Under the pieces are notes generated by a model that made no database searches, had not been told where the DNA came from, and was given only the letters and a program-made list of their open reading frames with translations. The translations under genes and the position numbers were made by a program. Positions 28,141-37,269 of a stretch of 64,000 nt of DNA are shown in pieces. Positions within the stretch are counted from its first letter, which is position 1. Each line of letters opens with the position of its first letter. Source of the DNA: Eledone cirrhosa (Eukaryota); the NCBI GenBank assembly GCA_964016885.1, contig OZ024740.1, positions 204,786,001 through 204,850,000 on the forward strand. The letters run 5' to 3'.

Positions 28141-28741
28141 GTCACCCACATCTATAAAAGACTAAAATAACCAGGATTCCATTCAATTATTTACGGACGT
28201 TTCTATCAACACAGTAAGATGTTCCATCATTCTCCTCTCAATTGACTACTTCGGAATCCATTAAAACAAAAGTTCTCAACGGGGGGCATATGCACCCCCG
28301 GGGGCGTTTCGGAACTCCAGGGGGGCGTTTGGGAGCAAGGTCGCGTTAGGAGCTTGAGGGGGGGGGATAGGGGGCGTTGGAAGACTCTTTACTTTGGTAA
28401 GTTTTATAAGCCATATTTGTATGTCTTTGAGACAGCCGGTGTGAATGCATTTGAATGAGCTTGCAGACAGCATAACTATAGTCTGACCACACCTGTGAGG
28501 AGGTGTGTCTAGAAATTAACCGGTAATTGAGATCCTAAAAATGAAAAAATCCACAGTCAACTGGGTCAAAGAAACTTTGAGCGCAGCCAGTTCGAATCTT
28601 ATCTTTCCTTCACCGATAACAATGTATTTCATGTCTGAAATTATTGACTCAACCGTAACGAGTTAACGCTATGTAGATCTATTTTATTCCCTATTGTATA
28701 AATAATATTACAAATAAAAAAAACAAAAAAAAACACAGAAG

Positions 28742-29340
28742 TGGGTAGCACACACATGTAGGACCACATACAACACATAAGCAGGTAATACACGCATCTA
28801 AGACCACATACAACACATACGCAGGTAATACACACATCTAGGACCACAGGCAACACATAAGGAGGTAGCGCACACACATCTAGGACCACATAAAATACAC
28901 AGGCAGGTACCACACACATCTAGGACCACATACAACACATAAGCAGGTAACACAAACATCTAGGACCACATACAACACATAATAAGGTAATACACACATC
29001 TAGGACCACATGCAACACATAAGGAGGTAGCACACACACATCTAGGACCACATAAAACACACAGGCAGGTAGCACACACATCTAAGACCACATACAACAC
29101 ATAAGCAGGTAATACAAACATCTAGGACCACATACAACACAATCAGGTAATACATACATCTACGACCACATACAACACATAAGGAGGTAATACACACATC
29201 TAGGACGACATACAACACACAAGCAGGTAATACATACAGCTGGGACCACATGCAATACATAAGCAGGTAATACATACATCTAGGACTACATACAATACAC
29301 AGACAGGTAATACATACATCTAGGACCACATACAACACAC
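28742..29340. repeat. ~40-bp minisatellite (TAATACACACATCTAGGACCACATACAACACATAAGCAGG), ~15 copies, inside the hAT element
   Basis: Direct reading of recurring TCTAGGACCACA at ~40-bp spacing. Confidence 0.93.
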
Positions 29341-30384
29341 ATTGTATCATGTGCTACGGACGACGCAAGAGCAATGGTCGGCCAACATAAGAGCTTTGTC
29401 ACTCTTCTGAAGAGAGAAAATCTATCTGTGTTTGCTGTTCATTGTGTCATTCATCGACAACACTTGGCTGCGAAGAAATTCAGCAAGCCTCTGAGCAAGT
29501 CCTTGCAGGTAGCCATTGATGTCATCAATTTTATCAAACGGCATTCCCTCAATGAACGAATTTTCCAGCAACTGTGCCAAGTCAAGTTGCTCCTTCATAC
29601 TGAAGTGAAGTGGCTTTCAAAGGGCAAGTGCTTTATTCACTTCTTTCAACTCTTCGACTCTATCATTGAGTTTCTGCGAGGACGCAACACAGAACTGTAC
29701 AAGAAAACCCTCGATGTGAGGCAAGACTGTGCCTACCTCACTAACATCTTCGACAAATGCAATAGCGTCATTTTGGCTTTGCAGGGGAAGAAGATCACCT
29801 TGCTTAAAGAAAGGAATGCTGTGAAAACATTCCTGGCTAAATTGAATGTCATCGAAAGAAATTTTGTTGACGGGAATTCTATAATTTTCCTAGTGTCGGC
29901 AATGTTCAAAACATTGTAAGCGATGACCAACTCCAAATTTATACCACTCACCTCCGTGCGCTACAAGACAACATGAGAACGGTTTGTCGACCTTTTGCCG
30001 ATGAACATCCCAGTGTGGATAGCAGATCCCTTCATAGCTAACGTCGACGATTTGGACGTTAAATTTCAGGAAGAATTCATTGAACTTCAAGCAGATGACA
30101 TAATCAAAATAAGATTTCCCAAAATAAGTGAACCCCTTTTTGGGATGCAAGAGTAAATTCAGCGTTGATTTCCACACCTACATGCAGAGGCTAAGAGATT
30201 TGCTCTGCCTTTTCCAAGCTCATACCTAGTCGAGAGGAGGCTTGGTGCTGTTTCCAGACTGCACAGTAAGTCTCGCAACCGCTACAATGTAATTACACGT
30301 GGAGATCTCTGGCTACATCTTATGAAAATTCAGCCTCACGTCAAAGAGTTAGCTAGACTCCATGAAGCTCAAGGGTCCCATTGA
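29341..30384 (+). pseudogene. hAT transposase C-terminal half (SCAND3/ZBED8/TcBuster-like), frameshifted
   Basis: IVSCATDDARAMVG (TDGAxAMxG), HCVIHRQHLAAK (CxxH), LLLHTEVKWLSKG, LPFPSSYLVER, and terminal HEAQGSH*. Frameshifts after ~29870. Confidence 0.9.
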
Positions 30385-31149
30385 AATGAGTCAAAGTTAA
30401 AGTAGGTTGATTTATCCTAAAACTTGGATATGCTATTGTTACAATTTTTTTATTTGTAGTTGCAGTCTGACTGGACTGGAAACCATCTACTACAATTCAC
30501 TTATTCATTTGTTGTATATATTTTACCATTCATTAATAAATATAACCTCCCGTGTGGTCATGAAAACCCTCTTCCGTGGTCTCTAAGCTCACAGAGCAGG
30601 GGGACATCAAGTTTGATATCAACATTTATTCTGTCCGTTTCATTAAAGGGAAAATTGGAAAGCTTTGAAATGATATAATTGCCACTTTCTTCCAGATAAG
30701 AGCACTCTTTGGATAGACAGAGTTGCTCTTGTATAAATGTTCCTGGTGGGAATATAACAAATTCAACTGGTCCTTATTCATAAAAAAGAATATTTATGTT
30801 CCTTTTTTTTGAAATTTATATATTTCCTTTCAAGGAATGTATTTATACTCTCAGCTGCCTGAATATTGTTTATCAATTTTTTAGTAATCTACTGATATCA
30901 AAATCAGTAGTATATTGAAAAATGGGAAAATGGTGTGCGGGTGGAGGTGGGGGCGTTTCATGATTTCAAGGGACAAAATGGGTTGAGACCCTGTGCATTA
31001 AACAATATAAATAACATATTTACCTTCAATGTTAGGTATTTCCAATTTGAAAATGAAAACCAGTTTAAATCAGGGTTTGTAACACGTTAAAACTTTATGG
31101 AAAACTAAATATATATACCTACCTATTACTATATATATGTGTGTGTGTA

Positions 31150-31512
31150 AGGGGGGTGTACACACACACATATATATATCATGTTTATATCATATATGTG
31201 TGTATGTATATATATATATATCATATATATTATACATATATATATATATATCATATATATTATACATATATCATATATATATTATACATATATCATATAT
31301 ATATATATTAGACATATATCATATATATTATACATATATCATATATATATTATACATATATCATATATATATATATTAGACATATATCATATATAAATAT
31401 ATTATACATATATCATATATATATATTATATATATATCATATATATATATATTATACATATATCATATATACATATCATATATATATACTATACATATAT
31501 TATATATACATA
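31150..31512. repeat. AT-rich compound minisatellite (TATACATATATCATATATATAT)n
   Basis: Direct reading. Confidence 0.9.
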
Positions 31513-31516
31513 TCCT

Positions 31517-31742
31517 GTTGACTTTGCCTTTCATCCTTACGGGGTCGATAAAATAAAGTACCAGTAATGCACTGGGTAATTGCTGACCTTGTGCCTAAAG
31601 TAGAAACAATTATATCCCTTTATAGTCTGAGTCCAAATCCCGCCGAGGTTAACTTTGCCTTTCATCCTTACGGGGTAAATAAAATAAAGTACCAGTAATG
31701 CACTAGGTATTTGCTGGCCTTGTGCCAAAAGTAGAAACAATT
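31517..31742 (+). mobile_element. Two tandem 5'-truncated SINE copies
   Basis: The core TTTGCCTTTCATCCTTACGGGG..GTAGAAACAATTAT occurs twice in succession. Confidence 0.85.
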
Positions 31743-31794
<52 letters not shown>

Positions 31795-32060
31795 TATATT
31801 ATATATATATATATAATATATTATAAATGGAATAGAATGAAACGAAATTTCATTTCTCACTCTTAGTACGGCAGTTACTTAAATGTAAGTATGCATGTAT
31901 GTATACGTACATACATATATGTATACAGACGTACAGTAGTATGTATATATATACATACATGCACACATATATATATGCACGTATCAGTTTACCGAACATT
32001 TATTATAATGCTCGGTTTGTTTGTAAACAAACAAACAGCCCGAATTACGCCGTACAGTGA

Positions 32061-32483
32061 ACACTTATTAGCAATACATACCCTTTTCAAAGACCTCCCT
32101 GTATAGATAAGAAATGTATAATCTGTAAATTAAGCCCCCATATTAACTGTAAAACTAGAAATGTAGTATATAGCATAAGATGTACTGAAGGACAATGTAG
32201 AGATAAAAATATAGTGTACATAGGTGAGACAGCTCGTAGTATAGGGGAACGGATAAATGAACACTGGCGAGACCTTCAAGATAGTAAAGAATCATCTGTA
32301 CTCTACCAACATGCTAAAATAGAACATAAGGGTAAATTAGAGAACATAGAAATAAAAATAGAATCTACACACAGAAAAGACGCAATGTTTAGACAAATTA
32401 CAGAGGCAATAAACATAAATGAACTCCAACCAAAATTAAATAGAAAATATGAGTGGAACAGCAACATCACAACTTACAATTAA
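32061..32483 (+). pseudogene. Penelope-like element GIY-YIG endonuclease domain (5'-truncated ORF)
   Basis: The open frame from 32061 reads TLISNTYPFQRPPCIDKKCIICK..NCKTRNVVYSIRC..VYIGETARSIGERINEH..LYQH..FRQITEAININELQPKLNRKYEW, the hallmark PLE CCHH-GIY-YIG C-terminus. Confidence 0.92.
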
Positions 32484-32640
32484 GGACAAAATGAAAACAC
32501 ACACGCACATAGAACAAACAACCAACCAGTAACATGTAAATAAACAAATAAATAAACGAATATAAACACACACAGACACCCGGATGTAACACATGCGCAA
32601 ACTAAGCACACAACACACACAAAAACAAGATGGCGTAGGA

Positions 32641-32895
32641 TGTGGTTAGAAAAAGCTATCTAACTTACCGCTTTTCGTAGGCGCCGCTAAACTCCACTGC
32701 AAGTTACTCCTCTTCTACGTGCGTCCAACTGCTTAACACCGGGAGCTGCCCAAAACTCGCGTCCACACCGTTTGCTGGTCACCACTAAAGAGAGGCCCTC
32801 TGCTGGCCCTTCCGGTCGAGCATCCTTCCGGCCAAACACCCTTCCGGTCGAGCACTCCCCCGCCTCCGGCCACCGCACGCCACACCATACCCACA
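32641..32895 (-). repeat. 3' LTR (255 bp)
   Basis: TGTGG..CCACA termini. 6 substitutions relative to 36580-36834. Confidence 0.97.
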
Positions 32896-32897
32896 CG

Positions 32898-32905
32898 CCC
32901 CCCCT
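32898..32905 (-). promoter_or_regulatory. Polypurine tract AGGGGGGG, 2 nt before the 3' LTR
   Basis: Sense strand AGGGGGGG-CG-TGTGG. Confidence 0.8.
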
Positions 32906-32909
32906 GATC

Positions 32910-35802
32910 TCAAGGATCAATTTCCCCCTCGTCCCTCTGCATATGAAAGTCTGCTGTCCAGGTTGGTGGTCTACAACTTCGTTGCGATCTTCGTAGTATT
33001 GGGGCAGAGCTCTGGGTTTCCACCTCATCTTGGGTTTCCTCTTCCTCGGAGTCCGTCGACACAGTGATTCTTCTTACATCCAGGACAGGACGTGGTACCC
33101 CGTCCACGGACACATTGTTCTTTGAATTTACGGCCGTCACCGTTCCCCTTCCCCATTGAGATGTGCAACGTGCATCTGGGGGCTTAACCCAGACTTCTTC
33201 GCCCACCTGCACGAATGCACTCTCTCTCCCCACTGGCCGTTGTGGTGGCGTGCACGGGTGCCGCCACTCGTATTTGAATACTGCTCTGTGTGGCACCGAT
33301 TCCTCGACCTGTCCAACCCGAGGGGACATATTGTACCAGAACACTGCCTCCATTGGTGAGATATGGCCCCGCTCCGCCATTGCCTTGATCGTCCGGTGGT
33401 GTCGCTGCACGATTCCATTCCCGCTCGGCCTGTGCGTCGCTCTGAAGAAACGGTCCACCTTCCATCCATCGAGCATCTCCCTCAGTGCCTCCGAGCGGAA
33501 TGCTGCGCTGTTGTCCATCAGCAGTTCGTCCACAGGGCCCCGCTCCAAGAACACCTCTCTCAACGTCCGCACGATTTCCTCGGCCGTTCCAGTCCTCATC
33601 TCCCTCCATATCGCCATTCGACCTGGTCCACAGTCGACCATCGAGAGGTACGTTCCCTGCCGGTAGTGCGTCACATCCACCGCTAATCGCTTCCAGTCGC
33701 GATCCACCGGGAGGCTTCCCGTTTCGTGTACACCCGGAGTACACCCGGAGCGGGATCAATGGACTGACATCGGGCGCAGCCTCTAACCCCCCCCCCCCCC
33801 GAACACTGTGTCTGCTAACGTCCGAGTCGATTCTCCTGGCTAGGAACAGGCTCCTATCAACCCCCATGTGGTGCATGTCATGCAACCCCTTCAGGTCTGA
33901 CTTGGTCAGCCGACACACGGCAGCTATCTCATCCTCTACCTCCTCCGGCGCTTCCATCCAGGCTTTCTTCACTCTAGTTAAGATGTCCGCCCTATTTTTC
34001 TCTGAGGGCACGAACACTACGCTCAGCTTCAGGTCGAACTCGGTGGCCAGCTCTCCTAACGTTCCCAGGCGGCGCTTTATCAGCATCTCCGCCGCGCCTC
34101 TCGTTCGCACTCTCTTCTCCCTGGTGAGCACTGATCTTACCCATCCGAGTACAGTAGCCGAGTCAGTGCGTATTTCGATGGTGCGCAGCCCCCACCGCAG
34201 GGCGAGGTTCACCCCTCTCAACACCGCGTCCAGCTCGGCCACATTGATGTGGCTGCAGTCGTCCTTCTTTCTAAGCCAGGCTGCATCCTTGACCTCAACA
34301 CCTCCTATCTCCAACGTGACACCCAGCGCTATGCTGCTGGCATCGCACCATACGGTCCCGCTCTGTGATTTGGGAATATACCAGCGTCCCCGCACTGGGT
34401 CGTCGGCCTTCACCCTCCCCACGATCTCCTGCATCATGGCCACCGTCCTCTCTCCCACTCTGTCACTCCAGGTCACCCCTCCCGCTCGTCTCTTGACATA
34501 GCTGCATGCCGTCCGGAGCCACCCAGCGATCGGGTAGTGACCCACCAGCTTTCCACACACCGAGAAAAGCTCCCGCCTACTCATACTTGGGCCCAGTTCC
34601 GGAACTTCGTTTCCCCTCTGGAACACCAAAACGCCCGTCTTGTCTCGCCGTAGCCTAAGTCCCAGCGCGGCTCCTCCCTCCAATGCTTCTGATGGCTTCG
34701 CAGTCAGTCCATACCTCCGCAAATGGCTCGTGACCTCCGCCGTCGACACCACCGACTCGTCCACTAGGATGTCGTCAATATAGGAGTTAGTAGCCCTCTT
34801 TATCTTGTCGGCCCTCCCCAGAGCGGTCTTAAGGACCGCCGACATGATCTTCGGTGCGGAGCTCAGCCCGAAACCGAGCCTGGTTAGGCAATATGTCCGG
34901 CCCTTATACCTGACCAGCTGATACCGCTAGAGCTTCTCATCTATATGCAACTGCAAGTAAGCCGACTTTAGATCCACGATCGCTGAACCCCCCGTCATGC
35001 GTCTCCACTCACGCAGGGTTTCCCCACAGACATCCGTGACCTCGCCACCCGTGTGGCATGACACGTGCTCGTTCAGCTCCCGATAGTCCAGCACCGGCCT
35101 CACCTTGCTCTTCGTGGGTTGCACCACCGCCATTAACGGCAATACTCCGCACTTCACCTCCTCCTTCCAGGGAAGCAGTATGCCCTCTTCGATCCATCTC
35201 TCTACTTCTCGCTCGAACTCGCTCCTAGCGTTTCCCTTCAATGTATGTTGATAGCAGCCCACTTTGGTCTTCAGTGTTGGTGGTTCTCCCTTCCAGTACC
35301 ACTCAACAACCCATCGCTGCCCATCAAACACGGCCTTGAAGTCTTTGTCCTGTACAGTGTAAGCGGGGTATTCCTCCTCGTGGGCCTTCTGGTTCTCATG
35401 GCGTGCACTCACAGCGCATACCGATGCAGCGGCGCCAAACGACACACCGACATTGTTCACCGTGACGCCCCCTAGACGGCCAATCGCGTCCATGCCCATA
35501 ACCACGCCGATCCCATCCACCACACTGTCTACCACGATGGCGGAAAGCCTTATCCTCCTTCCCCGTACCGCTATTTCCATCTCGCTGCGACCTCGGCATT
35601 CAATTTTCCTGCCGTCGACTGCCTTTACGCTGCTCTTCCCTCCCCACCTCTGCGCCACCCCCGCGGTCACCAGTGTCGTCGTACAGCCCGTATCCACGAG
35701 GGCTCGCTGTGGCTTCCCCCTCACGAAGACTTCCACCACGGGCAGCGCCGCTACTCGTAAGGGGCAACTACCGGCGCAGTAGTTCCCCTTGGATCGTTTC
35801 CC
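32910..35802 (-). pseudogene. pol: Gypsy pol (protease, RT, RNase H, integrase) with an in-frame stop and frameshifts
   Basis: PR ALVDTG; RT VRPVLDYRELN, VDLKSAYLQL, YIDD; RH CDAS/INVAELDA/TDS; IN LHDMHHMG, VDVTH, MDNSAAF, GIVQRHHRTIK. TAG at 34927-34929 lies in an otherwise continuous frame, and there is a frameshift at the C-run/duplication 33730-33800. Confidence 0.93.
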
Positions 35803-36509
35803 TGGTCGCAGTTGGTAGCGATGTGGCCTGGTCGCTTACACCGGTAGCAAATTATCTCCGGCTTTGACTCTCTACAGTCTCTAGCCATGTGCGGGCCCTG
35901 GCACCGAAAACAGCGCCCTCTAAACGCTCGCGGGCGGCTGCGTGCCGAGGTTGCCTCCCTTTCACAATTTCGCTGCCAGGTGTCCTGAGCCTCCGTAGTT
36001 GCTATCGCCGCAACACTCTTTTTGGTATCTTCCGCTATGATCCGGGCTTGTTCCACCAGTGAACGCATTTCCATCTCTTTATAACCCGGGACTTGCTGCA
36101 GTTTCACCGCTATGTCGTCCGGAAATCCATTGATGAACGCCAACCGCACCGTGCGTTCGCATTCCACCTGGTAACCGGCCAACATGGCCAACCGCCGTAT
36201 TTCCGCTGCGAAAATGTCGACGCGCTCACCATTCCACCTGATTCTCGCCAGCTTAGCAAAAGCCGCCAACGGTCCCTCGGCGAATGCATCCATCAGACGC
36301 CTCTCAATCTTCTGCGCATATCTTTGGCTATGCTCGTCCAACTCAAGGAAGAGTACCAACGCGTCGCCCTCGAGGTACAGTGCCATGAGGCCAGCCACGT
36401 CCTCTATCTTCTGCAAGCTTGCGACCAGCCGAACCTTCCGCAGCCAAGCGACATCACCTTTTCCGGTGAATGGCCTGATAGCTTCATTCAACCGTAGTCT
36501 TGTCGCCAT
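35751..36509 (-). CDS. gag: Gypsy Gag with two zinc knuckles (252 aa)
   Basis: IRPFTGKGDVAWLRK N-terminus, CFRCQGPHMARDC and CYRCKRPGHIATNC. The ATG follows the PBS/leader. Confidence 0.93.
   Translation of the reverse strand: MATRLRLNEAIRPFTGKGDVAWLRKVRLVASLQKIEDVAGLMALYLEGDALVLFLELDEHSQRYAQKIERRLMDAFAEGPLAAFAKLARIRWNGERVDIFAAEIRRLAMLAGYQVECERTVRLAFINGFPDDIAVKLQQVPGYKEMEMRSLVEQARIIAEDTKKSVAAIATTEAQDTWQRNCEREATSARSRPRAFRGRCFRCQGPHMARDCRESKPEIICYRCKRPGHIATNCDQGNDPRGTTAPVVAPYE
35759..35802 (-). promoter_or_regulatory. -1 programmed ribosomal frameshift signal (G GGA AAC + stem-loop)
   Basis: The slippery heptamer at 35796-35802 is in gag phase (CAG GGA AAC), followed by a 5-nt spacer and hairpin AAGGGG-AACUACUG-CGC-CGGUAGUU-G-CCCCUU. 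The -1 frame runs open into the protease. Confidence 0.85.
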
Positions 36510-36567
36510 CTTCTGATTTGTCTTGCGGCAAGTGGTTTTTTTTTTTTTTTTTTTTTTTTTTTCAGTC

Positions 36568-36579
36568 GCCGAAATAGCT
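36568..36579 (-). promoter_or_regulatory. Non-canonical primer-binding site AGCTATTTCGGC, complementary to nt 1-12 of tRNA-Phe(GAA)
   Basis: Directly abuts the CA of the 5' LTR. The plus strand reads GCCGAAATAGCT, the conserved 5' end of metazoan tRNA-Phe. No TGG start. Confidence 0.75.
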
Positions 36580-36834
36580 TGTGGTTAGAAAAAGCTATCT
36601 CACTTACCGCTTTTCGTAGGCGCCGCTAAACTCCACTGCAGGTTACTCCTCTTCCACGTGCGTCCAACTGCTTAACACCGGGAGCTGCCTAAAACTCGCG
36701 TCCACACCGTTTGCTGGTCACCACTAAAGAGAGGCCCTCTGCTGGCCCTTCCGGTCGAGCATCCTTCCGGCCAAACACCCTTCCGATCGAGCACTCCCCC
36801 GCCTCCGGCCACCGCACGCCACACCATATCCACA
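36580..36834 (-). repeat. 5' LTR (255 bp)
   Basis: 249/255 identical to 32641-32895. Three CGGAAG (ETS-like) motifs on the sense strand. Confidence 0.97.
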
Positions 36835-36881
36835 TAGGACAGAACAAAGGAGAGGCACAAAAACAAAGAAAAGAATCCCCA

Positions 36882-36924
36882 GTCACTGAAGAGGTCACAG
36901 AATGTGTGACGAAAGACCTTTGAC
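36882..36924 (+). ncRNA. Minimal hammerhead ribozyme motif in Penelope pLTR
   Basis: GUCA-CUGAAGA-G-GUCACA-GAAUG-UGUGAC-GAAA-GACC-UU-UGAC: stems I and II intact, stem III one change from palindromic AAGGCCUU. Confidence 0.72.
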
Positions 36925-37033
36925 AATATATAAACAATCATCTGGTTGTGGAACCTAAATTTATTATAATAAATTGAAGTGAAAGCGACTGGTGCGTGTG
37001 TTTCTTATTGACAACATGACCCTCCCAAAGTAT

Positions 37034-37102
<69 letters not shown>

Positions 37103-37164
37103 TAACATTAAAGTTTAAGCAAAGAATCGCCCTATTTGGATTTAAGTCTTCACATATATATATA

Positions 37165-37269
37165 TACAAATTGTGTGTGTCCCAATGTATACTCCCTTTG
37201 ATTGCCTGTACAGGCAATATTTATTAGAATGCTGTTGAAGTGTGTATACATATTTTGGGACACCCTGTA
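37165..37269. mobile_element. ~100-bp Tc1/mariner-type MITE (copy of 11981-12081)
   Basis: Shared CTTTGATT(A/G)CCTGTACAGGCAAT..TGCTGTTGAAGTGTGTAT core. Ends GGGACACCCTG-TA. Confidence 0.65.

Larger units (their letters stand above)
28267..30995 (+). mobile_element. hAT (Buster/Charlie-type) DNA transposon, internally deleted
   Basis: TIRs CAAAAGTTCTCAAC / rc CACAGGGTCTCAAC (11/14). 8-bp TSD CATTAAAA (28259-28266) vs CATTAAAC (30996-31003) with central TA. Subterminal GGGGGCGTT motifs at both ends. Confidence 0.88.
32641..36834 (-). mobile_element. Full-length Ty3/Gypsy LTR retrotransposon (4194 bp)
   Basis: TG..CA LTRs, TSD TAGGA at 32636-32640 and 36835-36839, gag-PR-RT-RH-IN order, PPT and PBS present. 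Confidence 0.97.
32061..37037 (+). mobile_element. 5'-truncated Penelope-like element (32061-32640 + 36840-37037), split by the Gypsy insertion
   Basis: GIY-YIG ORF, then a 3' region that resumes after the TAGGA TSD, contains a hammerhead motif and AATAAA, and ends at (TA)n. Confidence 0.8.

Noticed and set aside
14732-28165. 4477-aa His/Ser/Thr/Pro/Leu-rich ORF
   Set aside because: The satellite unit contains no TAA/TAG/TGA on the + strand. 2-bp (CT) indels shuffle freely among three peptide frames, showing no frame selection.
28742-29340. CRISPR-like regular repeats (also the giant array)
   Set aside because: Whole units are repeated with no unique spacers, there are no cas genes, and the context is eukaryotic.
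33156-36516. Long plus-strand ORFs antisense to gag/pol (e.g. 33485-34501)
   Set aside because: Shadow ORFs of GC-rich coding sequence with no motifs.
36580-36834. Tf1-type self-priming as the main explanation of the PBS
   Set aside because: The only LTR complement is a partial 9-10-nt match at the extreme U5 end rather than a likely transcript 5' end, whereas the tRNA-Phe match is 12/12 from position 1. It is kept only as an alternative.
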